The notes under the pieces are model-generated. The model was not told where the DNA came from. It saw only the letters and a list, made by a program, of their open reading frames with translations, and did not search any database. A program made the position numbers and the translations under genes. DNA of 62,961 bases, the filler included, from Octopus bimaculoides (lineage: Eukaryota): assembly GCF_001194135.2 (NCBI RefSeq). It is 5 parts of 4 records of this genome, joined end to end, with 100 filler letters (N's around TTAATTAATTAA, not from the genome) between each part and the next. Parts side by side here need not be neighbours in the genome. Positions count along the whole stretch, not along the records: positions 60,991 to 62,961 come from NC_068992.1; 4 more parts are not named here. One strand, 5' to 3'. Positions 62,005 through 62,961 of this stretch are shown here, piece after piece (position 1 is the stretch's first letter; every line of letters starts with the position of its first letter).

Positions 62005-62388
62005 GTGGAGGCGCAATGGCCCAGTGGTTAGGGCAGCGGACTCGCGGTCATAAGATCGCGGTTTCGATTCCCAGACCGGGCGTTGTGAGTGTTTATTGAG
62101 CGAAAACACCTAAAGCTCCATGAGGCTCCGGCAGGGGATGGTGGCGAACCCTGCTGTACTCTTTCACCACAAATTTCTCCCACTCTTACTTCCTGTTTCT
62201 GTTGTGCCTGTATTTCAAAGGGTCAGCCTTGTCACATTGTGTCACACTGAATATCCCCGAGAACTACGTTAAGGGTACATGTGTCTGTGGAGTGCTCATC
62301 CACTTGGACGTTAATTTCACGAGCATGCTGTTCCGTTGATCGGATCAACTGGAACCCTCGACGTCGTAAGTGACGTAGTGCCAACAAC
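62005..62388 (+). mobile_element. tRNA-derived SINE family E, full length, inserted in (ATGT)n
   Basis: Complete head to CAACAAC tail; matches the 1-227 and 6259-6600 copies. Confidence 0.9.
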
Positions 62389-62927
62389 ATGTATGTATGT
62401 ATGTATATATGTATGTATGTATGTATATGTGTATATTTTTTTTATCTTTTACTTGTTCTGTCACTGGACCACAGCCATTTAAATTCTTCCTCTGAGAAAA
62501 GAGTTAGTTTCTAACAAAGATACAAAGTTTCATCATTGGGTGATAGATAACAAAACAATTGTTACATTTTAAACTTGAGAAACGCATACATATGTATGCA
62601 TACATACATCAATATATACAGTGCTATTGTATTAATATTCGAAAGCAGTTTTTAACGTAGGGTCACTTGGTTTCTATCATATATACGTAAGTAGATATTG
62701 TAATTTTAAAAAGTGGTGCTTAATGTGTTAACATAAGATCTGATAATGGGTCTAGCATTGTACTACAGTGTACGACTTGGCTCATACCACTTTTAGTTGT
62801 AGTCACCGTATTAGCTAAGTAGAAGGATGAGTGCGTAAGTACTTCCTGAACGTGCGTAACGGTCTTTCAGAGATCCACACTGAGTCGACGTCGCGCAATA
62901 TACTGAATGGCTGGTATACGTAGATCG

Positions 62928-62961
<34 letters not shown>

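Noticed and set aside
62005-62080. tRNA-like heads as genuine tRNA genes (all SINE heads; also 29968-30035)
   Set aside because: They continue into multi-copy SINE bodies and lack a complete acceptor stem.

Overview
Eukaryotic, AT-rich, microsatellite-saturated draft-assembly window with many N gaps. The SINE families and repeat landscape look like a coleoid cephalopod, probably Octopus (inference). There is no intact full-length protein-coding gene, rRNA or CRISPR array. The window is a transposon graveyard: a frameshifted Buster-type hAT transposase, mariner, pogo, hAT and Merlin fragments and MITEs, a Helitron helicase end, R4/Dong-like RLE LINE fossils, a Gypsy remnant with a tRNA-Trp PBS, at least five tRNA-derived SINE families, and several Penelope-like element (PLE) pieces. 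One candidate host exon lies at about 49.15-49.28 kb. The most interesting signal is five minimal type I hammerhead-ribozyme (HHR) motifs, apparently from four families: 5.3, 10.1, 30.3, 32.0 and 53.7 kb. Two near-identical copies share an atypical CUGUUGA core. Several PLE insertions show inverted or fold-back architecture, one bounded by a 16-bp target-site duplication. All calls are by eye and protein boundaries are approximate.
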